Positions 1-9,110 of a DNA stretch of 64,000 nt are shown here, one piece after another. The position numbers and the translations under genes are program-made. Origin of the DNA: an uncultured Mycoplasmatota bacterium (GTDB lineage: Bacteria > Bacillota_I > Bacilli_A > RF39 > UBA660); the NCBI GenBank assembly GCA_948466735.1, contig CAOKBR010000001.1, positions 3,266 to 67,265 of the forward strand, in the 5' to 3' direction. How positions within the stretch are numbered: position 1 is the first letter of the stretch; every line of letters starts with the position of its first letter. The notes beneath the pieces were generated by a model that saw only the letters and a list, made by a program, of their open reading frames with translations, had not been told where the DNA came from and searched no databases.

Positions 1-5
1 TTAAA

Positions 6-755
6 ATGTATCAAGAACAAATGATTGAAAGAAAGCGATTTATTTCTAAAAAAGTATTAGAAGAAGTCTCTTCTTTAGACAATCTTAGTGAAGAAGAGTA
101 TTTAGCCTTAGTTATAAAAAGTAATGGCTTTGGTAGTGGGTATAATGACTTTGTTGGCATATATTATGTTTTAGCCCAGATTATTCCTAAAGAGACTCTG
201 TTAAAATATCAATTTAACCCTAGAAGGATTAATCTTTTAGTTGATGCTTTAGTAGAAATTGATAGTGATATGACTCCTGAATCTAAAACAAGAGCAAGCG
301 ATGTGATAAAATCTATTAATGATTTACGTGTGATAAGACAACATGTGTATGGACAAAGTGAAAAAATATTGCCTCAGTTAGATTATTATTATCAAAAAGT
401 AAAAGGAATTAGTTTATATGATGATTTATCTTTATCCATGTCACTAATGGAGATGAAAACTAAAAATAAAAAAATAGAAAATTCCATTATCCCTTTTCTA
501 AAAGAAAATGATATTTATGGAGTAGATGCTACGATCATTGATTTTAGTAATCTTTTTTCTAAGAAAGAAGAACAGAAAGAAGAAGTTTTAAAAAATTATT
601 TTTTGTTCAATAAAACCATATTAAGTAACACAAATTTGGAAAATATTATTTATTATGATATGGATGGTAAATATCAAAAAATCGTTTTAGATGAATTTTA
701 CCAAGAAAAATATCAAGATTATTTATTAGGGGAAAATACAACAAGAAAAAAGTAG
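6..755 (+). CDS. hypothetical protein (reading frame open to window edge; may be 5'-truncated)
   Basis: 249-aa ORF, no recognisable motifs; frame open to position 1. Confidence 0.35.
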   Translation: MYQEQMIERKRFISKKVLEEVSSLDNLSEEEYLALVIKSNGFGSGYNDFVGIYYVLAQIIPKETLLKYQFNPRRINLLVDALVEIDSDMTPESKTRASDVIKSINDLRVIRQHVYGQSEKILPQLDYYYQKVKGISLYDDLSLSMSLMEMKTKNKKIENSIIPFLKENDIYGVDATIIDFSNLFSKKEEQKEEVLKNYFLFNKTILSNTNLENIIYYDMDGKYQKIVLDEFYQEKYQDYLLGENTTRKK

Positions 756-799
756 ATACTTAATTATTTGGTATCTACTTTATCTTTTTTTCTTTCATT

Positions 800-1225
800 T
801 TAGATGCATGGTACAAAAGTATCATCTAAGCATTTAATAACACCAACACAATTTAAGTTGATGGTGAAAAACGAATCTGTGGCAATATAAGTTGATTCAC
901 TTGGATCAGGATTTGGTGCTAAAATACGGCATGTACAGCAGCAATCATTGATGTCTTCTACCCTAAATACACTAGATGTTCCAGTGGTATTATTACTATT
1001 AATCATGTAAGGTAGTGTCCAAAGGGTTCCTGAACAACAAGTATAAAATGAAACAGGACGTGTATTAAAACAACTAACTGATGGACATGGTCCTAAGAAA
1101 GGTTTATCACATCCTTCAAAATTTTGTAATTGTTCTTTTTTATTTTGAAGTTTTAGAATTAGACGAATAATTTCACTTAGGCAAGCACATTCACTGTTAT
1201 TATTTTGGTTTTCATTACAACACAT
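800..1225 (-). CDS. cysteine-rich CotY/CotZ-family-like spore coat/exosporium protein
   Basis: 141 aa, about 10% Cys. The motifs 'CFNTRPVSFYTC', 'SSVFRVE..ND.C' and 'INLNC.GVIKCL' resemble Bacillus CotZ/CotY ('CFNTVFFRVE', 'DLDCFCAINCL'), recalled from memory. GGAGG RBS 7 nt upstream. Confidence 0.45.
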   Translation of the reverse strand: MCCNENQNNNSECACLSEIIRLILKLQNKKEQLQNFEGCDKPFLGPCPSVSCFNTRPVSFYTCCSGTLWTLPYMINSNNTTGTSSVFRVEDINDCCCTCRILAPNPDPSESTYIATDSFFTINLNCVGVIKCLDDTFVPCI

Positions 1226-1240
1226 AAGAACTCCTCCTTT

Positions 1241-1663
1241 CTATAAACAATCAATGATAATATCAGGTAAACATTGTAGTACACAGATACATTTTAAGTT
1301 AATGGTTGCAAATTGATTCGTTGCAATATATGCTCTAGATACTTCTTGGGTATTAGGATTAGGAATTAAAAGACGAACTTTTACACAGTTATCATTAAGA
1401 CTTTCTACACGAAATACGCTAGATGTACCTTGAGTATTAGAAGCACTATCTTGGTAGGAAATGGTTAATAAATCGTTGTTACAAGTATAAAATGTTACTG
1501 GGCGAGTATTGTAACATGAGAAATTGCTACATCCACCTAGAAAAGGTTTCGTACATCCACCATCGATATCTTCTATTTTTTCTACATTACACTGTAGTAA
1601 ATCGATTACTTTTAAGATTTCATAAAAGCAACTTGTATTACTATTAGATTCTTGATTAGACAT
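1241..1663 (-). CDS. cysteine-rich CotY/CotZ-family-like protein, tandem paralog
   Basis: Clear paralog of 800..1225 ('KPFLGGCSNFSCYNTRPVTFYTC', 'TSSVFRVE', 'INLKCICVLQCL'). Start moved to the internal Met that has an AAAGGAG RBS. Confidence 0.45.
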   Translation of the reverse strand: MSNQESNSNTSCFYEILKVIDLLQCNVEKIEDIDGGCTKPFLGGCSNFSCYNTRPVTFYTCNNDLLTISYQDSASNTQGTSSVFRVESLNDNCVKVRLLIPNPNTQEVSRAYIATNQFATINLKCICVLQCLPDIIIDCL

Positions 1664-1873
1664 AATATCCACTCCTTTATATATTATCTACTATAGAATA
1701 TTCGCTAAAAAATATTTGGTGTGTTATGAATACCTATATTTTATCTTATGATAATTGAAAGTTAATTTTCCAAAATTAGACAAATTAATACAAGTTTTTC
1801 TTGTATTTTTCATTTTCTTGTATTATAATAGCTTCACTTAAGAAATGTTCTAGCAATGAGGGGATGCTGCTTT

Positions 1874-2443
1874 ATGGTGGATGAGAAAGAATTTGATAAA
1901 CAAGATAAGATTATTTTAATAAGAAAATACTTAGAAATTATTCCTCTTCAAATTAAGTTAGAGGAACTAAAAAGAAAGGCACTCCAAAAGAAAATAGAAA
2001 AAAAGTATATACCCAAGTCTATGATTAAAATTTTATTGTTTTCTATTTTGATTATCCCAGGAATGCTTTATTTAAGTGGTAGTAATATCTTAAGTAATTA
2101 CCTTATTTTATCAGTGAACTTATCTAAAGTGTTATGTTGTTTAACGGGAAGTTTATATAGTATTGCTTTAGTGATGAGTTTGATTGATGATATAAAAAGT
2201 TTTATTGATTATAAAAGTTTGATTAGTTTAGAACAAGAAATTAGTGAAAAGATTAAAAAATTAGAAAAAAGTCTAGAAGAAAACAAGGTGTATCTAACGT
2301 CTTTATTAGAAAAAAAGAATGCAAATAAAATGCCAAGTGCTAGTTTAGAAGATGAAAAAGAAAAATTAGAACTGTTAAAAAATCAAATAAAAATATCTGA
2401 TATTACTCAAAAAGATATAGGAAAAACTTATATCAAACGATAA
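1874..2443 (+). CDS. hypothetical membrane protein with coiled-coil regions
   Basis: ORF 1856..2443; start refined to the ATG with an AGGGGA RBS. Hydrophobic central segment, K/E-rich helical tail. Confidence 0.35.
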   Translation: MVDEKEFDKQDKIILIRKYLEIIPLQIKLEELKRKALQKKIEKKYIPKSMIKILLFSILIIPGMLYLSGSNILSNYLILSVNLSKVLCCLTGSLYSIALVMSLIDDIKSFIDYKSLISLEQEISEKIKKLEKSLEENKVYLTSLLEKKNANKMPSASLEDEKEKLELLKNQIKISDITQKDIGKTYIKR

Positions 2444-2458
2444 AAGGAGAGATGAAAG

Positions 2459-3166
2459 ATGAATGTAAAATATGTAGATTTTAATGGACAAATGATTGTT
2501 ATTGATGAATTAGGAAATATTGTATCTAGTGAAGATAGAGTGAAGTTTGAAGAGATTTTATCTACTAAGAAAACAATTGATCAAATAAAAAAAGAAATAG
2601 TTTTTGAAGAAAGTAAGGTATTTTCATTAACTAAACCACAGGAAGTACCAAAAAAGAATTTTTTCAAAGTTTTTCTTAAAAATTTCTTAAAAGCGATGAT
2701 TGTGTTTTTAAGTGCTACTTTATTAGCTATACTTAGTTTTAAATATTGGCTAGGACCTATACCTTATGGTATGTCATTTATGGATCTCTTTTTGCCTCTT
2801 TGTTTAATTGATTTTATTCCTTGTATTTTGATTGCTGAAAGAGAAGCTTCTAATGAAAAAATGCGATATCAAAGGGCTATGGATCAATATCAAATAATGA
2901 TGGAAGTTTATCAATTAGAACTAGAGAAAGAAAAAAGACGTAATGAAAAATTACCACAGTTAAAAGAAAGATTAGCTAGAGAAGAAATACATCTAAACCG
3001 ATTAGTAAATGAGTGGGAAGAGAAAAATAAGTTGTCTCTAGCAAATTCAAAATTAGTAAGTGCTAAGGAACAATTAGAAGAGTTAAAACGATTAGTATTA
3101 CCAGATATTTCTACTTTTGAATATAACGTAAAAGAAAAAGAAGGTCCGGTTAAAGTCCTTAAATAA
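2459..3166 (+). CDS. hypothetical membrane protein
   Basis: 235-aa ORF, AAGGAGAG RBS, two hydrophobic segments, C-terminal coiled coil. Confidence 0.4.
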   Translation: MNVKYVDFNGQMIVIDELGNIVSSEDRVKFEEILSTKKTIDQIKKEIVFEESKVFSLTKPQEVPKKNFFKVFLKNFLKAMIVFLSATLLAILSFKYWLGPIPYGMSFMDLFLPLCLIDFIPCILIAEREASNEKMRYQRAMDQYQIMMEVYQLELEKEKRRNEKLPQLKERLAREEIHLNRLVNEWEEKNKLSLANSKLVSAKEQLEELKRLVLPDISTFEYNVKEKEGPVKVLK

Positions 3167-3193
3167 ATTTGATAAAAAAGAAAGGGGTAAAAT

Positions 3194-4162
3194 ATGAATA
3201 ATAAAAAAGAAACACCACTTGTTGGATTAGAAGATTTAATGAAAGTAGATACTTTAGGTAAAACAAAAATAAAAGCAAAACTAGAAGCATTACATCGACT
3301 ATTGGTGGATTATCATTATCATGGGATGGTATGTTCAAAAGATGAAGAAAATTTAGTACCATTTAATGATGGAACTAAGATTCGCGTGCTTTTAAAGTCA
3401 ATTAAAGATAATCGATTAAGTTTAAAGCGTCTAGACGAAGAAGATTTATCCCGTCTTTTAGAAATAAAAACAACAATAGCGTTATTGAAAGAAGAAAAAC
3501 AAGGATGGTATAGAATAATAAGCTGTCTAAATAAAATGGAAACTCTTCAAGACTTACCTTTATTAGAACAATGGAATCGCTTAACAACTTATGAAAAGAC
3601 AAACCTAAAAATATTACAAGAACATGTTCCTTTTCAATTAGAAAATAGAGAATATCTTCGTCTATTGTTAGTCGAATGGTTTACAAATATGCGCAATGAA
3701 AAATACCTAAATTACATGAGAGAATATTTGACCTATGTAAAAACTACCCATATGTGTCCTCAATATTATAATACCAGTACTCAGCAAATCGCATACTTTT
3801 CTGATGGAGTAATGATGAACTCTTTTCGTCGCGAAATACAAAACGGAAATTTAGAATACTATTTTAACGGTGAAAATAAAGAATTAGTTGCTATGGTAGT
3901 TGCATATTCTAAAGTATTATCTAATCGTAGAATGATTAATTTAAGTAAAGAATTAAAAATATGGTTATCATCAATTCAAAAATATCAGGAAAAGTCTTTA
4001 TTCTATCAAGATAAGGAATTATTAGAAGCATTAGCTAAAGAAAAAAACACTACTCAAAAACGTTTAATGGTGCTTGAATTGTTAGATAAAGCAAGTAATA
4101 CTTATATCAATAAAACAGATGATTATGATATTCATCATATATTAGTGAAAAGAAAGGGATAA
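3194..4162 (+). CDS. hypothetical protein
   Basis: 322-aa ORF with AAAGGGG RBS; no recognisable family. Confidence 0.4.
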   Translation: MNNKKETPLVGLEDLMKVDTLGKTKIKAKLEALHRLLVDYHYHGMVCSKDEENLVPFNDGTKIRVLLKSIKDNRLSLKRLDEEDLSRLLEIKTTIALLKEEKQGWYRIISCLNKMETLQDLPLLEQWNRLTTYEKTNLKILQEHVPFQLENREYLRLLLVEWFTNMRNEKYLNYMREYLTYVKTTHMCPQYYNTSTQQIAYFSDGVMMNSFRREIQNGNLEYYFNGENKELVAMVVAYSKVLSNRRMINLSKELKIWLSSIQKYQEKSLFYQDKELLEALAKEKNTTQKRLMVLELLDKASNTYINKTDDYDIHHILVKRKG

Positions 4163-4166
4163 TTTT

Positions 4167-4677
4167 ATGAATAATATGGACGATATTAAATTTTTATCGA
4201 GTCAAATCGATAATACAAAAAATAGAATTAAAAATTTAGAAATAAAAAAAGAAAGGTTAAAGAAAAAAAAGAAAGAGAGTCTATCTTCCTTTTGTTAGTG
4301 GAATTTCTACTGTTTTATTTTTCACTAGTGGTTTAAATTTAGGTATTTTATTATGGATACTTTTAGGAGAAGCTACTTTATATATTCGTTTTAAATTACA
4401 AAAAGAAGATTTAAAAGATTTAGAAAAGAAAACAGATGTTGAAGTAAAATGGTTAAAAAAGCAATTATTAGCAGACTATAATCGACTTGATCTATTAGTT
4501 GCATCAAAGAAAAAAAATAAAGTTTTAAGTAAGTCTACTGAAGGAAATACAACTAATCAGTTAAGACGTTTAAAAAGTGAAATACAATTATTAAAATATC
4601 AACAAACTCATCCAGTGAAAAAAGAAGAAACATTAACAAAACAAGAAGATGAAGGTTATTCTTATCGGAAAAGCTAA
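4167..4677 (+). pseudogene. small coiled-coil/TM protein gene apparently split by a +1 frameshift in an A8 run (about 4263-4270)
   Basis: The ATG ORF 4167-4298 (43 codons) and a 139-codon open frame 4261-4677 with no start codon read as one product only if the frame shifts inside 'agaaaaaaaag'. Confidence 0.3.
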
Positions 4678-4872
4678 AAAATAAGTTGAAAAATTTTTAT
4701 AATTTTGTATACTTAATATATAAGGATAGTGATACAAAAAGGAATAAAGGAACAAGGATAAGGTCTTGTTCTTTTTCTTGCTTTAAATTATTATTTTGAA
4801 AGGTCTTTTCTTAATTATTCTAAGTAAAAACTACTAAACATCATCAAAAATCGAGCGTTTGCAGTTAACTAT

Positions 4873-4901
4873 TTGACAACTTCCCTTTTTTGTAGTATAA
4901 T
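4873..4901 (+). promoter_or_regulatory. sigma-A type promoter TTGACA-17-TATAAT
   Basis: TTGACA at 4873-4878, a 17-nt spacer, then TATAAT at 4896-4901. It lies upstream of the ATG at 4930, which has an AAAGGGG RBS. Confidence 0.55.
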
Positions 4902-4929
4902 ATTAGCCCGTATTAAAGGGGTGTTATCC

Positions 4930-5694
4930 ATGACTAGACAATTTAGTAAAACTATGCTTTTACAACGTGCTAAAGAGTTAATTAAAGAATTAAACGAATC
5001 CATCTTTTATCTCAAAACTGAAAGAGCAATGCCATCAAGCGAACAAATCCTATCAACGGGAAAGAAAATGAATCTATTTATTAAACGCTTTATGAATCAA
5101 GAAATTACCTTATTAACATCACTAGAAGATAACCCATACTTCCTACCGTTGGAATTTGCTAATACTATTCATCAATTAGAAGAAAAATTAAATCAAGAAA
5201 TAAAAAAAGTAAATATGCCAAAAGAAGAAGCAAATTATCTAAAAATGAAAGAGAAAATTAAATATTTATTTTCCTTATCTGAAAACTCTAGCGAAGGGTT
5301 ATTTAATAGTCCTACGAAATTAAAAAAAATATACTTTCCTGATGGGTCTAATGCATACTATTTCCTAAACGCCATTCAAAAAGGAAAGTACCATATTGAT
5401 GATTGTGATGATCAAAATTTATCCATTTTAACTAGATATTTACAATTTTTTTGTAAATATCAAAAGTTAGCAAAAAGGTTTCCTAAGAGTGAAAAACAAG
5501 CAACAGGGATAAACACCACATCTTGTAATAGAGTAGACCTCCTTTTAGATTTAGCAGAACATTCCTTAATAAATTTCGATATGAAACAAATGAACTATTA
5601 CCAAAATCTTTTATATCCATTGATTAAAGAAAACTACTTAAATCCTCAAATTGAAGAAAATACTGCCAATAAAACATTAATATATGTACAATAA
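4930..5694 (+). CDS. hypothetical protein
   Basis: The track ORF 4873..5694 overlaps its own promoter. Start refined to the in-frame ATG at 4930, which follows the RBS. Confidence 0.45.
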   Translation: MTRQFSKTMLLQRAKELIKELNESIFYLKTERAMPSSEQILSTGKKMNLFIKRFMNQEITLLTSLEDNPYFLPLEFANTIHQLEEKLNQEIKKVNMPKEEANYLKMKEKIKYLFSLSENSSEGLFNSPTKLKKIYFPDGSNAYYFLNAIQKGKYHIDDCDDQNLSILTRYLQFFCKYQKLAKRFPKSEKQATGINTTSCNRVDLLLDLAEHSLINFDMKQMNYYQNLLYPLIKENYLNPQIEENTANKTLIYVQ

Positions 5695-5779
5695 AATCTA
5701 GAAATTTTTAAAAGTTATTCAAAAATTTCCATTTTTCGTGTATAATGAATGAAGAACACATAAAAGGTATGGTGAAAAA

Positions 5780-6088
5780 ATGGAATATGTGATTTTAGGA
5801 GTAATCCTATTAATTATTTTATTTGCTATTTTAAAATCGCAGAAAAAAGATGTACAGATAGATTTAAATAAATTAGTTGATTATCTTGGGGGAAAAGATA
5901 ACATTATTCATACAGAGACCAATTTATCGAGATTTAAAGTAACACTTAAAGATATTTCTTTAGCAAATAAAGATGCAATACAAAAGCTTGGTGCCAAAGG
6001 AATTGTAGAAATCGATAATCAATTAAAAATTATTTTAGGACCTGAGAGTAAACAATTAAAAAAATATATCGATGAGATAAAAAAATAA
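5780..6088 (+). CDS. membrane-anchored PTS EIIB(Glc)-like domain protein in which the phospho-cysteine is apparently replaced
   Basis: 'LVDYLGGKDNIIHTETNLSRFKVTLKDIS...KLGAKGIVEI' aligns by eye with the PtsG IIB domain '[21 protein letters not shown]...KLGAAGVV'. The Cys position reads Asn. The protein has an N-terminal TM helix. Confidence 0.45.
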   Translation: MEYVILGVILLIILFAILKSQKKDVQIDLNKLVDYLGGKDNIIHTETNLSRFKVTLKDISLANKDAIQKLGAKGIVEIDNQLKIILGPESKQLKKYIDEIKK

Positions 6089-6109
6089 AAAGCAAAGTAG
6101 GGAAGAAGA

Positions 6110-6574
6110 ATGCTTGATTTAACGAATCTGTTGAACCAGTCAATAGAGTCCTTAGAAATTGATCAATTTATTGAATATAGTAAAGAAGATATTGAAAATA
6201 CAAATTTGCTTGATTTAAAAGATATCCATTTTCATGGAGAAATTACTAAGGATTCTTTAGATAATTTAGTGATTCAAGGAATGCTTTCTGGGGTAATGAT
6301 TTTAGAAGATGATCTTACTTTAGAAGCATGTCGTTATCCATTTAGTAGTGAAATTCATGAAAATTTACAAGAATTTAATCAAAATATAGAAAATACACTT
6401 GATTTTAAAGAGTTTTTGTGGGAAAATATTGTACTAGAGATTCCCCTGAAATTTACTAAGGTAGAGGATCTCAGTGAATTTCACGGAGATGGATGGAAAG
6501 TCATTAGTGAAGAGGAAGAAAAAATTTCTTCTAATCCGTTTAGTGAGTTATTAAAAGAAAAATATAAGGAGTGA
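6110..6574 (+). CDS. YceD/DUF177-family protein (YlbN-like, large-subunit rRNA accumulation)
   Basis: Acidic 154-aa protein sitting directly upstream of rpmF, which is the conserved ylbN-rpmF arrangement. Confidence 0.55.
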   Translation: MLDLTNLLNQSIESLEIDQFIEYSKEDIENTNLLDLKDIHFHGEITKDSLDNLVIQGMLSGVMILEDDLTLEACRYPFSSEIHENLQEFNQNIENTLDFKEFLWENIVLEIPLKFTKVEDLSEFHGDGWKVISEEEEKISSNPFSELLKEKYKE

Positions 6575-6578
6575 TATT

Positions 6579-6794
6579 ATGTTAACATTAAACATCCAAT
6601 TGTTTGCTGTACCCTTTCATAGAGTAAGTAAAACAAGAAAGAGAATGAGAAGAAGTCATAATGCCCTAACAGCACCAGGAACCAATAGATGTCCTAACTG
6701 TGGAGAAATGATTAAACCCCATCGTGTTTGTAAAAAATGTGGTTACTACAAAGGACGTGAAGTAGTAGCAAATACTAAGAATGCCGAAGAATAG
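6579..6794 (+). CDS. rpmF: 50S ribosomal protein L32
   Basis: '[18 protein letters not shown]...[25 protein letters not shown]' is the L32 signature. A strong AGGAG RBS precedes the start. The true start may be a few codons downstream. Confidence 0.85.
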   Translation: MLTLNIQLFAVPFHRVSKTRKRMRRSHNALTAPGTNRCPNCGEMIKPHRVCKKCGYYKGREVVANTKNAEE

Positions 6795-6861
6795 TTCGGT
6801 TTTTTTATGCTCTATTTCAATTAGTGTAAAGAGTTTGGGGTATTTTTAGAAAATCTTAACT

Positions 6862-6893
6862 GAAGAAAGATATAATTGTCTTTCTTTTTATAT
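6862..6893 (+). terminator. rho-independent terminator after rpmF
   Basis: Hairpin gaagaaaga-tataattg-tctttctt followed by a T-rich tract; coordinates approximate. Confidence 0.4.
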
Positions 6894-7136
6894 TTTATAA
6901 AAAGAATATAATTTAAATAATAAGGTGCACATAGTTTTTTCTATCAAATATCGTATGCTTTATACAAGTTGAGAAAACGAAAAATAAATCAAGAAAAGTA
7001 ATTTCCTTATTTGAAGAAATAAGAAAAAAGAAACGCTGTTATGAAAGTCATGAAAAAAGTACCCATTAATCTCTATTAGGATAACCAAAACAACAAAAGG
7101 TGTTGAAATAAGTTTTATAAGGTTCCTTATTTATAA

Positions 7137-7164
7137 AATGATGAAGAAAATCATCATTTTTTTC
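7137..7164 (+). terminator. orphan hairpin/T-tract immediately upstream of the spoIIGA promoter
   Basis: aatgatga-agaaaa-tcatcatt followed by ttttttt, with no substantial ORF upstream. Confidence 0.35.
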
Positions 7165-7176
7165 TTTGGACGTTTC

Positions 7177-7210
7177 TTCGACAAATTTCGATTACACTAG
7201 ATATTATACT
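7177..7210 (+). promoter_or_regulatory. putative Spo0A-dependent spoIIG promoter
   Basis: TTCGACA at 7177-7183, plus a second TTCGATT. The box sits about 21 nt upstream of TATACT at 7205-7210, which mirrors the long-spacer spoIIG promoter of B. subtilis. Confidence 0.4.
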
Positions 7211-7228
7211 GTTAAAAGGTGATGCGAA

Positions 7229-7996
7229 TTGATTGTATACGTTGATTTATTTATGATATTAAATTTCTTTTTTGACTTATTTCTTTTGCTAAGTACAACC
7301 TCTTTTTTTAAACGCTATATAAAATGGTATCGACTCATTTTTGGTGCTGTCCTTGGTTTACTTAGTACATTGGTATTATTTTATTCTATATCTAACATAA
7401 TGCTACTTCTATTTCAAGGTGTTATTAGCTTATTAATGATAATTGCAACCTTTGGTTTTTCAGATATTTTAACATTAGGAAAACAACTTGCTATTTTTTA
7501 TTTTCATTCTTTGATTTTAGGAGGTTTTCTTACCCTTTTAAAACAACATTTTTCCTATAGCAACGCCATATGGCTTTTTATCTTAATTTTAAGCCCCATA
7601 TTTTTATATCTTTATGTAAAAATGATGAAAAGTGAAAAAAGTAAAATAAAACTACATTACAAAATAGAATTATTTCTTAATTCAAAAACGACATTACATT
7701 TAAATGCTTACTTAGATACAGGAAACCAACTTTATGAGCCTTATCATCATCATCCAGTGGTGCTAGTAAAGGAAAAACTAATCCCCATTAAAAAAATAAA
7801 AAAAGAACACATTTTACTAATTCCCTATGAAACCATTAGTGAAACTTCATTAATTAAATGTATAAAGATAGATAAAATGAGGATTGACTCAACTAGGGAA
7901 TATTTTGATGTATTTGTAGGACTTTGTGGAAATAAAGTAAATTTAGGAAATTATGATATGTTATTACATGTCGATTATAAGGAGGAGATAAAATGA
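7229..7996 (+). CDS. spoIIGA: sporulation sigma-E processing peptidase SpoIIGA
   Basis: TTG start. The polytopic N-terminus 'MIVYVDLFMILNFFFDLFLLL' matches B. subtilis SpoIIGA 'MKIYLDVIWLLNFCFD'. The C-terminal aspartic-protease motif 'LDTGNQLYEP' is present. It overlaps sigE by 4 nt. Confidence 0.8.
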   Translation: MIVYVDLFMILNFFFDLFLLLSTTSFFKRYIKWYRLIFGAVLGLLSTLVLFYSISNIMLLLFQGVISLLMIIATFGFSDILTLGKQLAIFYFHSLILGGFLTLLKQHFSYSNAIWLFILILSPIFLYLYVKMMKSEKSKIKLHYKIELFLNSKTTLHLNAYLDTGNQLYEPYHHHPVVLVKEKLIPIKKIKKEHILLIPYETISETSLIKCIKIDKMRIDSTREYFDVFVGLCGNKVNLGNYDMLLHVDYKEEIK

Positions 7997-8682
7997 TTGC
8001 TTTATTATTAACAATTGGAGTATTAATTACCCATCAACATCAAATATTTTATGTAGGGGCAACAGATGTTTTACCTGAACCATTATCAAAGGAAATGGAA
8101 GAGTATTATCTAAATTTGGCAATGGATGGAGATACTTTTGCTAAGGACAAGTTAATTGAACATAATTTGCGATTAGTAGTGTTTCTTGCTAAGAAGTATG
8201 AAAACACAAAGATTGATTTAGAAGATTTAGTAAGTATTGGTACCATTGGTTTAATTAAAGGAATTAACACCTTTAGCATGGATAAAAACATTAAGTTAGC
8301 AACATACGCTTCAAGATGTATTGATAATGAGATTTTAATGTATTTAAGAAAAAATAAGAAAATAAAAACTGAGGTAAGCTTTGATGAGAGCCTAAGTTTT
8401 GATGCAGATGGAAATGAGTTGCATTTAGAGGATATTTTAGGAACAGAAGAAGATTTAGTAACTAAGGGATTAGAGAAAGAAACCGAGAGGAAATTATTAC
8501 TAAATGAAATTAGTAGATTAGACCCTAGAGATAGAGATATTATTGTGTTACGTTATGGACTAATGAATCACCGTGAGTTAACTCAAAAAGAGGTAGCTGA
8601 CTTATTAGGAATTAGTCAATCTTATATTTCAAGAATTGAAAAGAAGATTATTAATAGGTTAAAGGCGGTAATTAAATATTAG
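7993..8682 (+). CDS. sigE: RNA polymerase sporulation sigma factor sigma-E (pro-sigma-E)
   Basis: Near-identical blocks to B. subtilis SigE: 'LPEPLSKEME', 'NLRLVVFLAKKYENT', 'SIGTIGLIKGINTF', 'KLATYASRCIDNEILMYLR', 'GISQSYISRIEKK'. An N-terminal pro-sequence is present. Confidence 0.9.
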   Translation: MIALLLTIGVLITHQHQIFYVGATDVLPEPLSKEMEEYYLNLAMDGDTFAKDKLIEHNLRLVVFLAKKYENTKIDLEDLVSIGTIGLIKGINTFSMDKNIKLATYASRCIDNEILMYLRKNKKIKTEVSFDESLSFDADGNELHLEDILGTEEDLVTKGLEKETERKLLLNEISRLDPRDRDIIVLRYGLMNHRELTQKEVADLLGISQSYISRIEKKIINRLKAVIKY

Positions 8683-8900
8683 AAAAGGTCTTGAAAAACG
8701 ATAGAAAACTTGATAGAATTTATCTTAAAGAATAGGAATGATTACAATGAAAATTAACCAAAAATTAATTAGGGAAGGGTATATCTTAAAATAAAACCCT
8801 TGTTATATAAGGATGGGAAGAAGTTCCTGTTTTTTTGTTGCTCTAAAGTAAAAATGGTGTAGATAAGAAAATGGATAGGCAATAATAATTTTAGGAAGTA

Positions 8901-9110
8901 ATGAAAATGAAGAAAAATAAAATGATTCTAACAGTTTTAACGGGAATTATTGTATTTGGAGTTATTCTAATATATAAATCATATGCACTATTTTCTCAAA
9001 AGCAAATCAGTAAATCCGCAATAATGATAAAAATAGGATACACTACTAGTTTAGATATTCTACCAAATACAAATGGCGTATATTTAAAGGAGAAAGTAAA
9101 AAATATTTGA
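8901..9110 (+). CDS. small signal-anchored hypothetical protein; a -1 shift in an A6 run at about 9098-9103 would extend it to about 9278
   Basis: 69-aa ORF with an N-terminal TM helix. The downstream frame stays open for 57 more codons ('YLIKIENKNTNSQTIKLGALGG...'). Confidence 0.3.
   Translation: MKMKKNKMILTVLTGIIVFGVILIYKSYALFSQKQISKSAIMIKIGYTTSLDILPNTNGVYLKEKVKNI

Noticed and set aside
3159-3602. Minus-strand ORFs 3159..3362 and 3402..3602 (67 and 66 aa)
   Set aside because: Both lie entirely antisense to well-supported plus-strand genes (2459..3166 and 3194..4162) and have low-complexity hydrophobic translations typical of AT-rich antisense frames.
8106-8291. 61-aa minus-strand ORF inside sigE
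   Set aside because: Antisense to the strongly supported sigE CDS; no RBS.
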